Of a DNA stretch of 64,000 nucleotides, positions 1 to 10,919 are shown piece by piece. This stretch comes from Longimicrobiales bacterium (GTDB lineage: Bacteria > Gemmatimonadota > Gemmatimonadetes > Longimicrobiales > Gaopeijiaceae), in contig OZ220732.1 in assembly GCA_965116905.1 (NCBI GenBank), positions 2,112,001-2,176,000 on the forward strand, written 5' to 3'. A model generated the notes under the pieces. The model saw only the letters and a program-made list of their open reading frames with translations, did not search any database and was not told where the DNA came from. Positions within the stretch are counted from its first letter, which is position 1; the number at the start of each line of letters is the position of its first letter. The translations under genes and the position numbers were made by a program.

Positions 1-103
1 TTCCACTCACCCGGCTCGACCAATACCATGCGTATCGAGCAGCTGTAGCAGTCCACGGGCTGCCGGCACGCGTCCATCCAGCGGCGGCGAGGGACCACCT
101 CAA

Positions 104-898
104 TTGCGCTTGACCTTTCTTGGCACCGGCACCTCCTTCGGCGTTCCCGTGATCGGGTGCAAATGCGCCAACTGCACGTCGTCCGATCCGCGCGACCGAC
201 GCACCCGCCACGGAGCGCTGCTGACGCTGGACGGCGGCAACCTGCTCGTCGACACGCCGCCCGAACTGCGGCTCCAGCTGCTCGGCGCCGGCGTCGATCG
301 TGTCCACGCGGTCTGGTTTACGCACCTCCACGCCGACCACGTTCACGGGATCGACGACGTGCGCGTCTTCTCCTCACGGGGCCGGGGCGCGGTCCCGACC
401 TATCTGCCCGAGGAACTGCGGCCGGAGATGGAGTCGCGGTTCTCCTATATCTTCGACGACCGGGTCGAGGTGGCCAGGGGCACCAGCAAGCCGAAGCTCG
501 AGATCCGGCCCTACGTGGAAAACTCCACGGTGGACGTGCTGGGCGCCGGGATCACGCCGTTCAGGGTGCCCCACGGCCCCGTCGACGCGTTCGGGTTCCG
601 GGTGGGCTCGCTCGGGTACGTCACCGACGCCAAGCGCCTGCCGGCGGTGGCCCGGGGCATCCTCGACGGGGTGGAGACCCTCGTGCTGAACGCACTCTGG
701 TGGGGCCGTCCGCACCCCACGCACTTCAACATCGAGGAGGCCGTGGAGGCTGCGCGCGACATCGGACCCCGCCGGACGTTTCTGACCCACCTCACCCATT
801 TCGTCGGGTACCGCGAGCTGGCGGCGGCGCTCCCACCGGGGATCGAGCCCGCCTACGACGGTCTCGTCGTGGATCTGACCGGCGACTCGGGGGAATAG
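104..898 (+). CDS. MBL-fold metallo-hydrolase, PhnP-like phosphodiesterase
   Basis: N-terminal FLGTGTSxGVPVIGCxC, THLHADHVHG (HxHxDH) motif, HPTH and THLTH C-terminal motifs; TTG start. Confidence 0.88.
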   Translation: MRLTFLGTGTSFGVPVIGCKCANCTSSDPRDRRTRHGALLTLDGGNLLVDTPPELRLQLLGAGVDRVHAVWFTHLHADHVHGIDDVRVFSSRGRGAVPTYLPEELRPEMESRFSYIFDDRVEVARGTSKPKLEIRPYVENSTVDVLGAGITPFRVPHGPVDAFGFRVGSLGYVTDAKRLPAVARGILDGVETLVLNALWWGRPHPTHFNIEEAVEAARDIGPRRTFLTHLTHFVGYRELAAALPPGIEPAYDGLVVDLTGDSGE

Positions 899-899
899 C

Positions 900-2291
900 G
901 TGTCCGCCCCGACGATCGACTTTGCCAACGTGGTGGCGGGCGTGATCCCGGGGACGGGACTCGATCCGGAACGCCTGCACGGCGACCTGGCCGCGCGCTT
1001 CCGGGACGCTCACGCGGCGGTCGCGGCGCGCCGGAGCGCCGGGGAAGCCGGCTTCTTCGATCTCCCCGCGGATCGCGAGCTCGCCGTTCGAACCAGAGCC
1101 GCCGCCGCTACGGTCGGCGGGCGCTTCGAGTCGCTGGTGGTCGTCGGGATCGGCGGGTCCGCGCTCGGAACCGCCGCGCTCCGGGATGCGCTGCTGCCTC
1201 CCTCCTGGAACGAGCTGGACGCGGCGTCGCGCGGCGGCCGTCCCCGGCTCCACCTCATGGACAACCCGGACCCCGGGACCGTCGCGGCGCTGCTCGGCCG
1301 CCTGGATCCCGAGACCACCTGCTTCAACGTGGTCAGCAAGTCCGGATCGACGGCCGAGACCCTGGCACAGTTCCTGGTCGCCTGGAACTGGGTGGAATCC
1401 GCGCTGGGGACCGGTGCCCTGCAGGAACGTTTCGTCGTGACGACGTCGCCCGGACGGGGCGTTCTCCGCAAGCTCGCCGACGACCACGGTCTTCGCGCGC
1501 TGGACGTGCCGCACGCCGTGGGCGGCCGGTTCTCGGTGCTGTCGCCCGTCGGGCTGTTCCCGGCGGGCGCAACGGGCATCGACACCGGCGCGCTGCTGGC
1601 CGGCGCCGGGGAGATGGCCGAGCGATGCGCGACCCCGGAGCTGCCGGGAAACCCGGCGGGCGTTCTCGCCACGCTGCTGCACGTCGCCGACACCGAAATG
1701 GGTTGCCGCGTGCACGTCTTCATGCCGTACGCCGACCGGCTGCGGGGGATGGCGTACTGGATCCAGCAACTCTGGGCCGAGTCGCTCGGGAAAACGGTCG
1801 ACCGCGCGGGACGTCTCGTCGAGAGCGGACCCACCCCTGTGCCGTTGTTCGGTGCCAACGACCAGCATTCGGTCCTGCAGCTGCTCATGGAGGGGCCCCG
1901 GGACAAGATCGTCGTCTTCCTCGCCGCGGAGGGGCCCGAGCGTGACGTGGGCATTCCGGAGCACCCCTCGGACGAGCCGGCCCTGGCCTGTCTGGGCGGC
2001 CACACGCTGTTCGGCCTCCTCGATGCCGAACGCCGCGCAACCGCGGAGGCGCTGAGGAGGGAGGGACGCCCGAACCTCACCGTGATGACGGAGCGAGTGG
2101 ACGCGCATGCCGTGGGAAGTCTGTTGATGCTCTTCCAGATCGCGGTCGTATATTCCGGTGAACTCTACGGTGTGAACCCGCTGGACCAGCCGGGGGTCGA
2201 GCTCGGGAAGGCGTTGACCTTCGGGTTGATGGGACGGGACGGGTATCCCCGGCCCGAAATGTCCGGGCCGCCAACGCGATGGCGTGTCTGA
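900..2291 (+). CDS. pgi: Glucose-6-phosphate isomerase
   Basis: GIGGSALG, VSKSGSTAET, VGGRFSV, QLWAESLGK, DQPGVELGK motifs. Confidence 0.95.
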   Translation: MSAPTIDFANVVAGVIPGTGLDPERLHGDLAARFRDAHAAVAARRSAGEAGFFDLPADRELAVRTRAAAATVGGRFESLVVVGIGGSALGTAALRDALLPPSWNELDAASRGGRPRLHLMDNPDPGTVAALLGRLDPETTCFNVVSKSGSTAETLAQFLVAWNWVESALGTGALQERFVVTTSPGRGVLRKLADDHGLRALDVPHAVGGRFSVLSPVGLFPAGATGIDTGALLAGAGEMAERCATPELPGNPAGVLATLLHVADTEMGCRVHVFMPYADRLRGMAYWIQQLWAESLGKTVDRAGRLVESGPTPVPLFGANDQHSVLQLLMEGPRDKIVVFLAAEGPERDVGIPEHPSDEPALACLGGHTLFGLLDAERRATAEALRREGRPNLTVMTERVDAHAVGSLLMLFQIAVVYSGELYGVNPLDQPGVELGKALTFGLMGRDGYPRPEMSGPPTRWRV

Positions 2292-2328
2292 GCGCGATGG
2301 CGTGTCCGAGCGCGATGGCGTGTCCGAG
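2275..2328. repeat. 3 x 18-bp tandem repeat CGCGATGGCGTGTC(T/C)GAG spanning the pgi stop codon
   Basis: Units read directly at 2275-2292, 2293-2310, 2311-2328. Confidence 0.9.
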
Positions 2329-2360
2329 GCGGCGCTGGTAGCTTAATTCAGGAGGCGAGG

Positions 2361-2768
2361 ATGAGTTCTGAAGAAGATCAACGCACTGTCATCATCGAGA
2401 AGGACCGCAGTCCCGAAATCGGGGCGTTTCTTGTCGGCGCGCTCATCGGGGCGGGGCTCGCGCTGCTGTTCGCTCCGGGCTCGGGCGCGGAAACCCAGCG
2501 GCGGATCCGGGAACAGGCCAGGAAGCTGAGGGAGCTTACGGAGGACCGTGTCCGGGGCTTGCGGGAGGACCTCGGAACGCGGATGGACTCCGCGAAAGGG
2601 GTGGTGGAGCAGGGACGGCACATGGCGGCGGAGGCGCGGGGGGAGCTGGAGGAGAAGCTGGAGCGGTCCAAGGCGGCCTACCGCGCGGGAATCGAGGCGG
2701 CTCGCGAGGAGTCGCGCCGCCAGCTTGCCGACGGTGATGGCCAGCAGGCGTCCGAGGGGGACGCCTGA
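2361..2768 (+). CDS. YtxH-domain protein
   Basis: FLVGALIGAGLALLFAPGSG membrane motif followed by coiled coil; AGGAGG SD upstream. Confidence 0.85.
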   Translation: MSSEEDQRTVIIEKDRSPEIGAFLVGALIGAGLALLFAPGSGAETQRRIREQARKLRELTEDRVRGLREDLGTRMDSAKGVVEQGRHMAAEARGELEEKLERSKAAYRAGIEAAREESRRQLADGDGQQASEGDA

Positions 2769-2802
2769 CGCAAACCTTCCATATCCGGAGGAGCCCACCC
2801 AC

Positions 2803-3483
2803 GTGAAGATCTACCTGGACACCGCCAACCTCGAAGAGATCCGCGAAGCCGCCGGTTGGGGGATTCTGAGCGGCGTAACGACGAATCCCAGCCTGATGGC
2901 GAAGGAGACGGGAGCCGACTTCGAGGACACCATCCGGACCATTGCCGGACTCGTCGACGGCCCCATCAGCGCCGAGACGGTTTCCGAGGACGCCGACGGC
3001 ATGGTCGCCGAGGGCAGGGAGTACGCCAGCTGGCATCCCAACGTGATCATCAAGGTGCCGAGCACCCCGGCGGGGCTGCAGGCCGTTCACCGGCTGGGTC
3101 AGGAGGGCATCCGCTGCAACGTGACGCTGGTCTTCAACGCGAATCAGGCGCTGATGGCCGCGTTGGCGGGCGCGTTCGTGGTATCGCCGTTCATCGGGCG
3201 CGTCGACGACATGTCCCACGACGGGATGGAGCTCATCCGGGAGATCGCCGCCGTCTTCGAGCAGGACCCGGACATCCGGACGCAGATCCTCGCCGCGTCC
3301 ATTCGCCACCCCCGTCACGTGATCGACTCCGCTCTGGCCGGGGCCCACATCGCCACCTGCCCGTTCAAGGTTCTCCAGCAGGGCATGAAGCACCCCCTTA
3401 CCGACCGCGGGATGGCGAGCTTCATCGCCGACTGGAAGGCGCGAGAAGCGGCCATGGCGGTGATGGCGGGGGCAGGGGTCTGA
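2803..3483 (+). CDS. tal: Transaldolase / fructose-6-phosphate aldolase (TalC/Fsa family)
   Basis: KIYLDTAN, GVTTNPSL, NVTLVF, SPFIGR, LAASIRHP, HPLTD motifs; GTG start after GGAGGAG. Confidence 0.92.
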   Translation: MKIYLDTANLEEIREAAGWGILSGVTTNPSLMAKETGADFEDTIRTIAGLVDGPISAETVSEDADGMVAEGREYASWHPNVIIKVPSTPAGLQAVHRLGQEGIRCNVTLVFNANQALMAALAGAFVVSPFIGRVDDMSHDGMELIREIAAVFEQDPDIRTQILAASIRHPRHVIDSALAGAHIATCPFKVLQQGMKHPLTDRGMASFIADWKAREAAMAVMAGAGV

Positions 3484-3487
3484 TCTC

Positions 3488-3964
3488 TTGGGCGCGCCAC
3501 CGTCCGGTGGCTCGCGGCGCGTCGTTGCCCGCAACCGGAAGGCCCGGCACCAGTACGAGGTTCTGGATACCTGGGAAGCCGGGCTGGTGCTGTTGGGGAC
3601 CGAGGTGAAGTCCATTCGCGCGGGCAAGGTTGCGTTTCACGACGCGCACGCGCGAACACAGGCTGGCGAGATGTGGCTTCACAGCCTCCATGTGGCGCCC
3701 TGGGACGGCGGGAATCGCTGGAACCACGAGGAGACCCGCCCGCGCAAACTGCTGCTGCATCGAGGCGAGATCCGGCGAATCACCGCGCGGGCCGAGGAGA
3801 AGGGCCTCGCGATCGTCCCCCTGGACCTCTATTTCCGCCGGGGCAGGGCAAAGGTCACGCTGGCGCTTTGCCGCGGCAGAAAGCACCGCGACCGGCGAGA
3901 GGTGCTGCGGCGCAGGACCATGGAGCGCGAGGCGGAAAGAGCGATGAAGGAGCGCGGCCGTTGA
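3488..3964 (+). CDS. smpB: SsrA-binding protein
   Basis: NRKARHQY, EAGLVLLGTEVKSIR, RKLLLHR, RGRKHRDRR. Confidence 0.95.
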   Translation: MGAPPSGGSRRVVARNRKARHQYEVLDTWEAGLVLLGTEVKSIRAGKVAFHDAHARTQAGEMWLHSLHVAPWDGGNRWNHEETRPRKLLLHRGEIRRITARAEEKGLAIVPLDLYFRRGRAKVTLALCRGRKHRDRREVLRRRTMEREAERAMKERGR

Positions 3965-4830
3965 GCCCGCCGCGCGACGTGTTCGGCATCCGCTTCGCCA
4001 ACCCCGTGCTCCTGGCCGCCGGCACCTGCGGTTTTGGCGAGCCGCTGGTGGATGTCCTGTCTCCGGACGAGGTCGGGGGGCTGGTGACCAAATCGGTCAC
4101 GCTCGAGCCGCGCCGTGGGAACGCTGCACCCCGCGTGGCCGAGTTCGAAGGGGGAATGCTCAACTCCGTCGGTCTCGCGAACCCCGGATTGGAGGGCGTG
4201 CGCGAACGGAAGCTGCCCTGGATGAGACGCCATCTCGGAGATCTGCCCGTGCTGGTTTCGGTCGCCGGGGCCACGGCGGACGAGTACGAAGCGGTTGTGG
4301 CGGGACTGGAGGAGGAGGACGGCTTCGTCGGATTCGAGCTCAACCTTTCCTGCCCCAACGACGCGCACCTGCATGGGACGCCGTTCTGTCTCGACGGCGA
4401 TGCGATGCGTGACGTGCTCGGTCGCGTGCGGCCGCGGACCGCGCGCCCTCTGCTGGTCAAGCTCGCGCCGAACGATCCCGACATCGGCGCGACCGCGGCC
4501 CTGGCCGTGGCGTGCGGTGCCGACGGCATCACGGCCATCAACACGTTGCCGGGACTGCTCGGCGACGCTGACGGGAACCCCCGGCTCGGGGCCGGTCAGG
4601 GCGGTGTGAGCGGCCCCGCGGTGCTCCCCGCCGGTCTGGCTGCGGTGCGACAGGTTGCGGACGCGGTGGACGTGCCGGTGGTCGGAGTGGGAGGGATACT
4701 CACGGGTGACGACGCGGCGACGTATCTCGCGGCAGGCGCCTCGCTCGTTCAGATCGGTACCGGGTCCTTCGCGGATCCGCGTTGCGCCCGCAGGGTCGCG
4801 CGTCAACTCGCGGTGCGGAGCTGGACCTAG
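3961..4830 (+). CDS. pyrD: Dihydroorotate dehydrogenase (class 1)
   Basis: NPVLLAAGTCG, NSVGLANPG, ELNLSCPN, GGVSGP; TTG start overlapping smpB stop. Confidence 0.9.
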   Translation: MSPPRDVFGIRFANPVLLAAGTCGFGEPLVDVLSPDEVGGLVTKSVTLEPRRGNAAPRVAEFEGGMLNSVGLANPGLEGVRERKLPWMRRHLGDLPVLVSVAGATADEYEAVVAGLEEEDGFVGFELNLSCPNDAHLHGTPFCLDGDAMRDVLGRVRPRTARPLLVKLAPNDPDIGATAALAVACGADGITAINTLPGLLGDADGNPRLGAGQGGVSGPAVLPAGLAAVRQVADAVDVPVVGVGGILTGDDAATYLAAGASLVQIGTGSFADPRCARRVARQLAVRSWT

Positions 4831-5543
4831 TGGACCACCGGGTGATCGTCGCCCTGGACGCCTCGAGCGCGGAACACGCGCTGCACCTGGTCGATCGCAT
4901 CGGGCCGGGATGCCGCTTCTACAAGGTCGGGCTCGAACTCTACACCGCGGCCGGACCCACGGTGGTGCGCGCACTGCGCGAACGGGGCCACGAGGTCTTT
5001 CTCGATCTGAAGCTGCACGACATCCCCAACCAGGTCGCGGGGGCGACGGCCAGGGCGGCCGAGCTCGGCGTGAGGTTCCTCACCGTGCACTCGATGGGGG
5101 GGCGGGACATGCTGGCGGCCGCTGCCGCCGCTGCTGCCGCGGCCGATGCGGCGGAGGGGCCGCTCGGGCTCCTGGGGGTCACCGTGCTGACGTCGCTGGA
5201 CGCGGGGGGGCTGGGTGCCGTGCTCGGGCGCAGCGTCGAGGATGTCGGCAGGGAAGCCGATCGCCTCGCGGCCCTGGTGCGCGAGGCGGGGCTGGCCGGG
5301 GTCGTGTGCTCGGCGGCCGAGGCGGCTCGGCTCCGCGCCCGGATGGGTCCCGGCGGCGCCATCGTCACGCCCGGGATCCGGCTCGCCGGCGACGCGGTCC
5401 ATGACCAGCGGCGCGTGCGTACGGCCGGCGAGGCGTTCCGGGACGGCGCGACCCACATTGTCGTCGGCCGTCCGGTCACCGGTGCTTCCGACCCGGCGGC
5501 GGCCTTCGCGCGCATCGTCGCGGACGCCCGCGGCGGACGCTGA
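4830..5543 (+). CDS. pyrF: Orotidine-5'-phosphate decarboxylase
   Basis: IVALD, FLDLKLHDIPN, VTVLTS, TPGIR, VGRPV motifs; GTG start overlapping pyrD stop. Confidence 0.95.
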   Translation: MDHRVIVALDASSAEHALHLVDRIGPGCRFYKVGLELYTAAGPTVVRALRERGHEVFLDLKLHDIPNQVAGATARAAELGVRFLTVHSMGGRDMLAAAAAAAAAADAAEGPLGLLGVTVLTSLDAGGLGAVLGRSVEDVGREADRLAALVREAGLAGVVCSAAEAARLRARMGPGGAIVTPGIRLAGDAVHDQRRVRTAGEAFRDGATHIVVGRPVTGASDPAAAFARIVADARGGR

Positions 5544-5644
5544 TACGCAGCACTGCGGGTGCGCCTATATTTCACCACCCACCAGCCATCACCGACCACC
5601 CACCCACCACACGCTGCACGCCGAACAGAACCCCTGGACGCCGG

Positions 5645-7096
5645 ATGAAACTGTACGACTCGCTGCGCGGCGACATACATGACTTCGTTCCCCTGAACCC
5701 GGAGCGTGTCACCGTGTACGGCTGCGGACCCACGGTGTACGACTTCGCGCACATCGGCAACTTCCGCGCCTTCATGGCGTACGACCTGCTCCACCGCCAT
5801 CTCAGGTGGCGCGGCTACGAGGTGGACTTCGTCGTGAACTTCACCGACGTGGACGACAAGACGATCGCCGGCGCGCAGGCGGCGCAGCAGCCGCTGGCGG
5901 AGCACACGGCGCCCTTCGTCGAAGCGTTTCTCGAAGACGCGCGGACGCTCGGATTCCTCCCGTTCTCGCGACATCCCCGCGCGACCGGGTACATCGCCGC
6001 CATGCTGGGCTTCGTGGAGCGGCTCGTGCAGTCCGGCAACGCCTACCACGCCGCCGACGGCTCCGTATACTACGACGTGTCGTCTTTCGGCGGATACGGG
6101 TGTCTCTCGGGGAAGGGAACGGCCGCGGACGGCACGCGCTCGCGCATCGCCGCGGACGAGTACGAAAAGGGCGACGCGCGCGACTTTGCGCTGTGGAAGG
6201 CCGTGCAGCCCGGCGACCGGGAAGTGGGGGCGGTCTGGGATTCGCCCTGGGGTCCGGGCAGGCCGGGGTGGCACCTGGAGTGCTCGGTCATGGCCCAGGC
6301 CCTGCTCGGGGATACGTTGGACATCCACCTTGGAGGCGAGGATCTCCTCTTTCCGCATCACGAGAACGAGATCGCGCAATCCGAGGTGGCGACCGGCCGG
6401 CCGCTCGCCCGCTTCTGGATGCACGTGAAGCACCTGAAGGTCGAAGACCGCAAGATGTCCAAGTCCCTCGGGAACTTCCACACCGTGCGGGAACTCCTCG
6501 ACGAGGGCTACGATCCGGCCGCGATCCGCTGGGTACTGCTGTCGTCCCACTACCGCAGCGAACTGAACTTCACGAGGGACGGTCTGGAGGACGCCACGCA
6601 CTCGGTGCAGCGCCTGCTGGATCTGCGGCATCGGGTTCGGGAGGCGCCTTCGGTGTCCGGGCCGGGGGGGACACTGGCCGCGGCCTCGCGCGAACATCTC
6701 GCGGCGTTCGGCCGGGCCCTGGACCACGATCTGAACGCGCCCCGCGCCATGGCCGCGCTGTGGGCGCTGGCAAGGGACGTCAACACGAACCTGGACGCTG
6801 CCGGTGGCGGGATCGCGAGCCAGGATCGCGCCGAGGTGCTCGCCGTGCTCGGCGAGATGGATGCCGTGCTGGGTGTTGTGGATCTGGCCGCCGGAAGCCG
6901 CGAGGTCGGCGACGAATTCGAAGTGTGGGTCCGGCGGACGGTGGAGGCCCGGGACCGGGCCCGCGCGCACCGCGACTTCGAGACCGCCGACCGTCTCCGC
7001 GACGAGCTCGCGGCCGAGGGGGTGCAACTCGAGGACGGGCCGGAGGGCACAAGGTGGAAGCGGGTGCACGTCGGGGCCTCCGCGAAGGGTGGCTGA
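5645..7096 (+). CDS. cysS: Cysteine--tRNA ligase
   Basis: CGPTVY, HIGN, DFALWK, GRPGWHLECS, FPHHENE, KMSKS. Confidence 0.97.
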   Translation: MKLYDSLRGDIHDFVPLNPERVTVYGCGPTVYDFAHIGNFRAFMAYDLLHRHLRWRGYEVDFVVNFTDVDDKTIAGAQAAQQPLAEHTAPFVEAFLEDARTLGFLPFSRHPRATGYIAAMLGFVERLVQSGNAYHAADGSVYYDVSSFGGYGCLSGKGTAADGTRSRIAADEYEKGDARDFALWKAVQPGDREVGAVWDSPWGPGRPGWHLECSVMAQALLGDTLDIHLGGEDLLFPHHENEIAQSEVATGRPLARFWMHVKHLKVEDRKMSKSLGNFHTVRELLDEGYDPAAIRWVLLSSHYRSELNFTRDGLEDATHSVQRLLDLRHRVREAPSVSGPGGTLAAASREHLAAFGRALDHDLNAPRAMAALWALARDVNTNLDAAGGGIASQDRAEVLAVLGEMDAVLGVVDLAAGSREVGDEFEVWVRRTVEARDRARAHRDFETADRLRDELAAEGVQLEDGPEGTRWKRVHVGASAKGG

Positions 7097-7172
7097 ACCC
7101 GGGCGGGGGGGAACACTTCCCTCGCAAGGGCATCTGGCCCAGGTTTGGGATCGGACCCGAGCTTCCGAGAGC

Positions 7173-7245
7173 GCTGACGTAGCTCAGTTGGTAGAGCAGC
7201 TGATTTGTAATCAGCAGGTCCGGGGTTCGAGTCCCCGCGTCAGCT
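7173..7245 (+). tRNA. tRNA-Thr(TGT)
   Basis: Acceptor GCTGACG/CGTCAGC, D-arm AGCTCAGTTGGTAGAGC, anticodon loop TTTGTAA, GGTTCGA T-loop; CCA not encoded. Confidence 0.95.
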
Positions 7246-7261
7246 TGGACAGGACCGGCGG

Positions 7262-7290
7262 TTGATACCCACCGGCCAAGTCGTTATCTT
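7262..7290 (+). promoter_or_regulatory. Putative sigma70 promoter upstream of tRNA-Tyr/Gly/Thr-tuf
   Basis: TTGATA-N17-TATCTT in an AT-richer spacer. Confidence 0.6.
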
Positions 7291-7364
7291 TCTTTGCTCG
7301 TTTCCATCCGAGCCCGGGGACGCCGACAGCCAGCTTGGCGGGCAGGGGTGGAAACGTGTTTTTT

Positions 7365-7447
7365 GGTGGGGTACCGAAGCGGCCAAACGGGGCAGACTGT
7401 AAATCTGCTGGCAGACGCCTACGTAGGTTCGAATCCTACCCCCACCA
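7365..7447 (+). tRNA. tRNA-Tyr(GTA)
   Basis: GGTGGGG/CCCCACC acceptor, GCAGA-CTGTAAA-TCTGC anticodon arm, long variable arm, GGTTCGAATCC. Confidence 0.95.
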
Positions 7448-7490
7448 TGGAGGCGTTCCGGTGCAGGGCACGGGGGTCCCTCCGATGGCT

Positions 7491-7564
7491 GCGGGAGTAG
7501 CTCAGTTGGCTAGAGCATCAGCCTTCCAAGCTGAGGGTCGCCGGTTCGAATCCGGTCTCCCGCT
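7491..7564 (+). tRNA. tRNA-Gly(TCC)
   Basis: GCGGGAG/CTCCCGC acceptor, TCAGC-CTTCCAA-GCTGA anticodon arm. Confidence 0.95.
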
Positions 7565-7611
7565 CTCGGTTCGACCCGGGTTGTTCCGGGGCGGCCGGTG
7601 CGACACGAGGT

Positions 7612-7683
7612 GCTCTGGTAGCTCAGTGGTAGAGCGCTTCCTTGGTAAGGAAGAGGTCGCGGGTTCAATCCCCGCCCAGAGCT
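7612..7683 (+). tRNA. tRNA-Thr(GGT)
   Basis: GCTCTGG/CCAGAGC acceptor, CTTCC-TTGGTAA-GGAAG anticodon arm. Confidence 0.95.
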
Positions 7684-7723
7684 TGGCGGGCGAGGGGGCG
7701 AACCCGGACCGCTGAAGGTGACG

Positions 7724-7753
7724 ACAACGGCAGGAGCCACAACGGCAGAAGCC
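7724..7753. repeat. 2 x 15-bp tandem repeat ACAACGGCAG(G/A)AGCC in the tuf leader
   Basis: Read directly, one mismatch between units. Confidence 0.75.
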
Positions 7754-7808
7754 ACGCCGGGCAATCAGGGGTGCCCGCGTCAAGAACCTCAATCTCAACG
7801 GGGGTAGA

Positions 7809-8999
<1,191 letters not shown>

Positions 9000-9005
9000 G
9001 CGATC

Positions 9006-9212
9006 ATGTCGAGCATCACGAACGCCAGGCACTTCGTGCAGGAGTGCATCGACGAGATGGCGAAGGTCACGTGGCCCGACCGCGAGCAACTCCGCAACGC
9101 CACCTGGGTGGTCATCCTGTTCACAATCCTGATCTCGCTGGTCATCTGGATCATGGACACCATCTCCAGGCTGGTCATAGTCGACTTCATCATGGGGGTC
9201 TTCCGGTCTTGA
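9006..9212 (+). CDS. secE: Preprotein translocase subunit SecE
   Basis: EMAKVTWP motif plus one TM helix; between tuf and nusG. Confidence 0.93.
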   Translation: MSSITNARHFVQECIDEMAKVTWPDREQLRNATWVVILFTILISLVIWIMDTISRLVIVDFIMGVFRS

Positions 9213-9745
9213 GTGACGACGAGCGCTGGTACGCTGTCCAGACGCAGGCGCGGCACGAGAACCGGGTCTGTCGCATGATCCAGCAGGAGATCGACAAGGA
9301 CACCGATCCCGAACGGGGGATCCGGGAGGTCCTGGTGCCGACCCACGAGGTCGTCGAGATCCGGCGGGGCAAGCGCGTGCCCGTGGTCAAGCCGCTCTAT
9401 CCGGGCTACGTCCTGGTGCGGATGATCCTGAACCAGCAGACCGAGCACGCGATCAGCGCAATGAAGGGCGTGCGGTTCGTGGGGCAGGGCGGTGGCCCTC
9501 AGCCGCTCCGCGAAGAGGATATCAACCGGATCATGGGGGTCGAGGTCGAGGAGGAAGAGGACGGGCGGGAAGAGATCCCCTTCCGGGCCGGCCAGGTCGT
9601 GGAGGTGATTCAGGGGCCCTTCACCGACTTCTCCGGAACGGTGCAGGAGGTGTACCCCGAAAAGGGCAAGGTCAAGGTCGAGGTTTCGCTCTTTGGCCGC
9701 CCGACATCGGTCGAATTGGACTTCACCCAGTTACGCGGCTTCTAG
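9209..9745 (+). CDS. nusG: Transcription termination/antitermination factor NusG
   Basis: [42 protein letters not shown] start overlapping secE stop. Confidence 0.95.
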   Translation: MSDDERWYAVQTQARHENRVCRMIQQEIDKDTDPERGIREVLVPTHEVVEIRRGKRVPVVKPLYPGYVLVRMILNQQTEHAISAMKGVRFVGQGGGPQPLREEDINRIMGVEVEEEEDGREEIPFRAGQVVEVIQGPFTDFSGTVQEVYPEKGKVKVEVSLFGRPTSVELDFTQLRGF

Positions 9746-9767
9746 AGGTCCGCGGGAGTCTGCAAAG

Positions 9768-10205
9768 ATGGCAAAGAGAGTTCTCGGCTTCATCAAGCTG
9801 CAGATCAGCGGGGGGCAGGCGAATCCGGCACCGCCGGTCGGCCCCGCGCTCGGGCAGCATGGCGTGAACATCATGGATTTCTGCAAGCAGTTCAACGCCA
9901 GGACGAAACAGCAGGCGGGGACCCTGATCCCCGTCGAGATCACGGTCTACGTCGACCGCTCGTTCTCGTTTGTCACCAGGACGCCGCCGGCCTCGTTCCT
10001 GATCAAGCGCGCCGCCGGACTTGAGAAGGCGTCGCCGGAGCCGCACGTGGAGAAGGTCGCGTCGCTGTCCGTGTCGCAGGTCAGGGAGATCGCGGAAGCG
10101 AAGATGGAGGACCTGAACACCGATGACCTCGTCTCGGCCATGAGAATGATCAAGGGCACCGCACGCTCGATGGGCATCGAGGTGGACGGTGAGCTTACCG
10201 CCTGA
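9768..10205 (+). CDS. rplK: 50S ribosomal protein L11
   Basis: [33 protein letters not shown]. Confidence 0.98.
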   Translation: MAKRVLGFIKLQISGGQANPAPPVGPALGQHGVNIMDFCKQFNARTKQQAGTLIPVEITVYVDRSFSFVTRTPPASFLIKRAAGLEKASPEPHVEKVASLSVSQVREIAEAKMEDLNTDDLVSAMRMIKGTARSMGIEVDGELTA

Positions 10206-10216
10206 CGGAGGAACGC

Positions 10217-10915
10217 GTGCCAAAGCGCAGCAAGAAATACGCCGGAGCCCGACAGTCGTTTGACCGGCTGATCCGGCACGCGCCCGATGAGGCGCTGGGC
10301 AGGGTCAAGGAAATCGCCTTTGCCGGCTTCGACGAGAGCGTCGATGTCGCGACCCACCTCGGGGTCGACCCCCGGAAGGCCGACCAGGTCGTGCGTGGCA
10401 CCGTGGTGCTGCCGCACGGGACGGGCAGGGCCGCGCGGGTGCTCGCGATCTGTCAGGGTGACAAGGAGGACGAGGCGAGGGAAGCCGGTGCCGACTTCAT
10501 CGGGGTCGACTACGTGGAGAAGATCAAGGAGGGGTGGCTCGACTTCGATGTCTGCGTCGCCACTCCCGACCTGATGCGCATGGTCGGGCCCCTCGGCCGC
10601 ATTCTCGGGCCCCGCGGGCTGATGCCGACCCCCAAGGCCGGCACGGTGACCCCGGACGTCGGCCGTGCGGTCCGCGAGATCAAGGCCGGCAAGATCGAGT
10701 ATCGCGTGGACAAGACGGGCAACCTGCACGCACCCATTGGGCGGGTGTCGTTCGACGTGGCGCTGCTCTCCGAGAATCTGAGGGCCTTCATGGCCTCGGT
10801 GCTTCGGGCGAAGCCGGCGGCCTCGAAGGGCACATACGTCAAGAGCGTGACGGTGTCGAGCACCATGGGCCCGGGCGTCCCTGTGGATCCCAACAGCTTT
10901 ACGCGGAGCGCCTGA
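10217..10915 (+). CDS. rplA: 50S ribosomal protein L1
   Basis: [33 protein letters not shown]. Confidence 0.98.
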   Translation: MPKRSKKYAGARQSFDRLIRHAPDEALGRVKEIAFAGFDESVDVATHLGVDPRKADQVVRGTVVLPHGTGRAARVLAICQGDKEDEAREAGADFIGVDYVEKIKEGWLDFDVCVATPDLMRMVGPLGRILGPRGLMPTPKAGTVTPDVGRAVREIKAGKIEYRVDKTGNLHAPIGRVSFDVALLSENLRAFMASVLRAKPAASKGTYVKSVTVSSTMGPGVPVDPNSFTRSA

Positions 10916-10919
10916 AGCA

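Noticed and set aside
1..48. Possible 3' end of an upstream CDS (FHSPGSTNTMRIEQL-stop)
   Set aside because: Too short to identify or to confirm the frame
9746..9767. L1-binding leader upstream of rplK
   Set aside because: GGGAG is present but I cannot form the expected paired structure; it may only be an SD-like sequence
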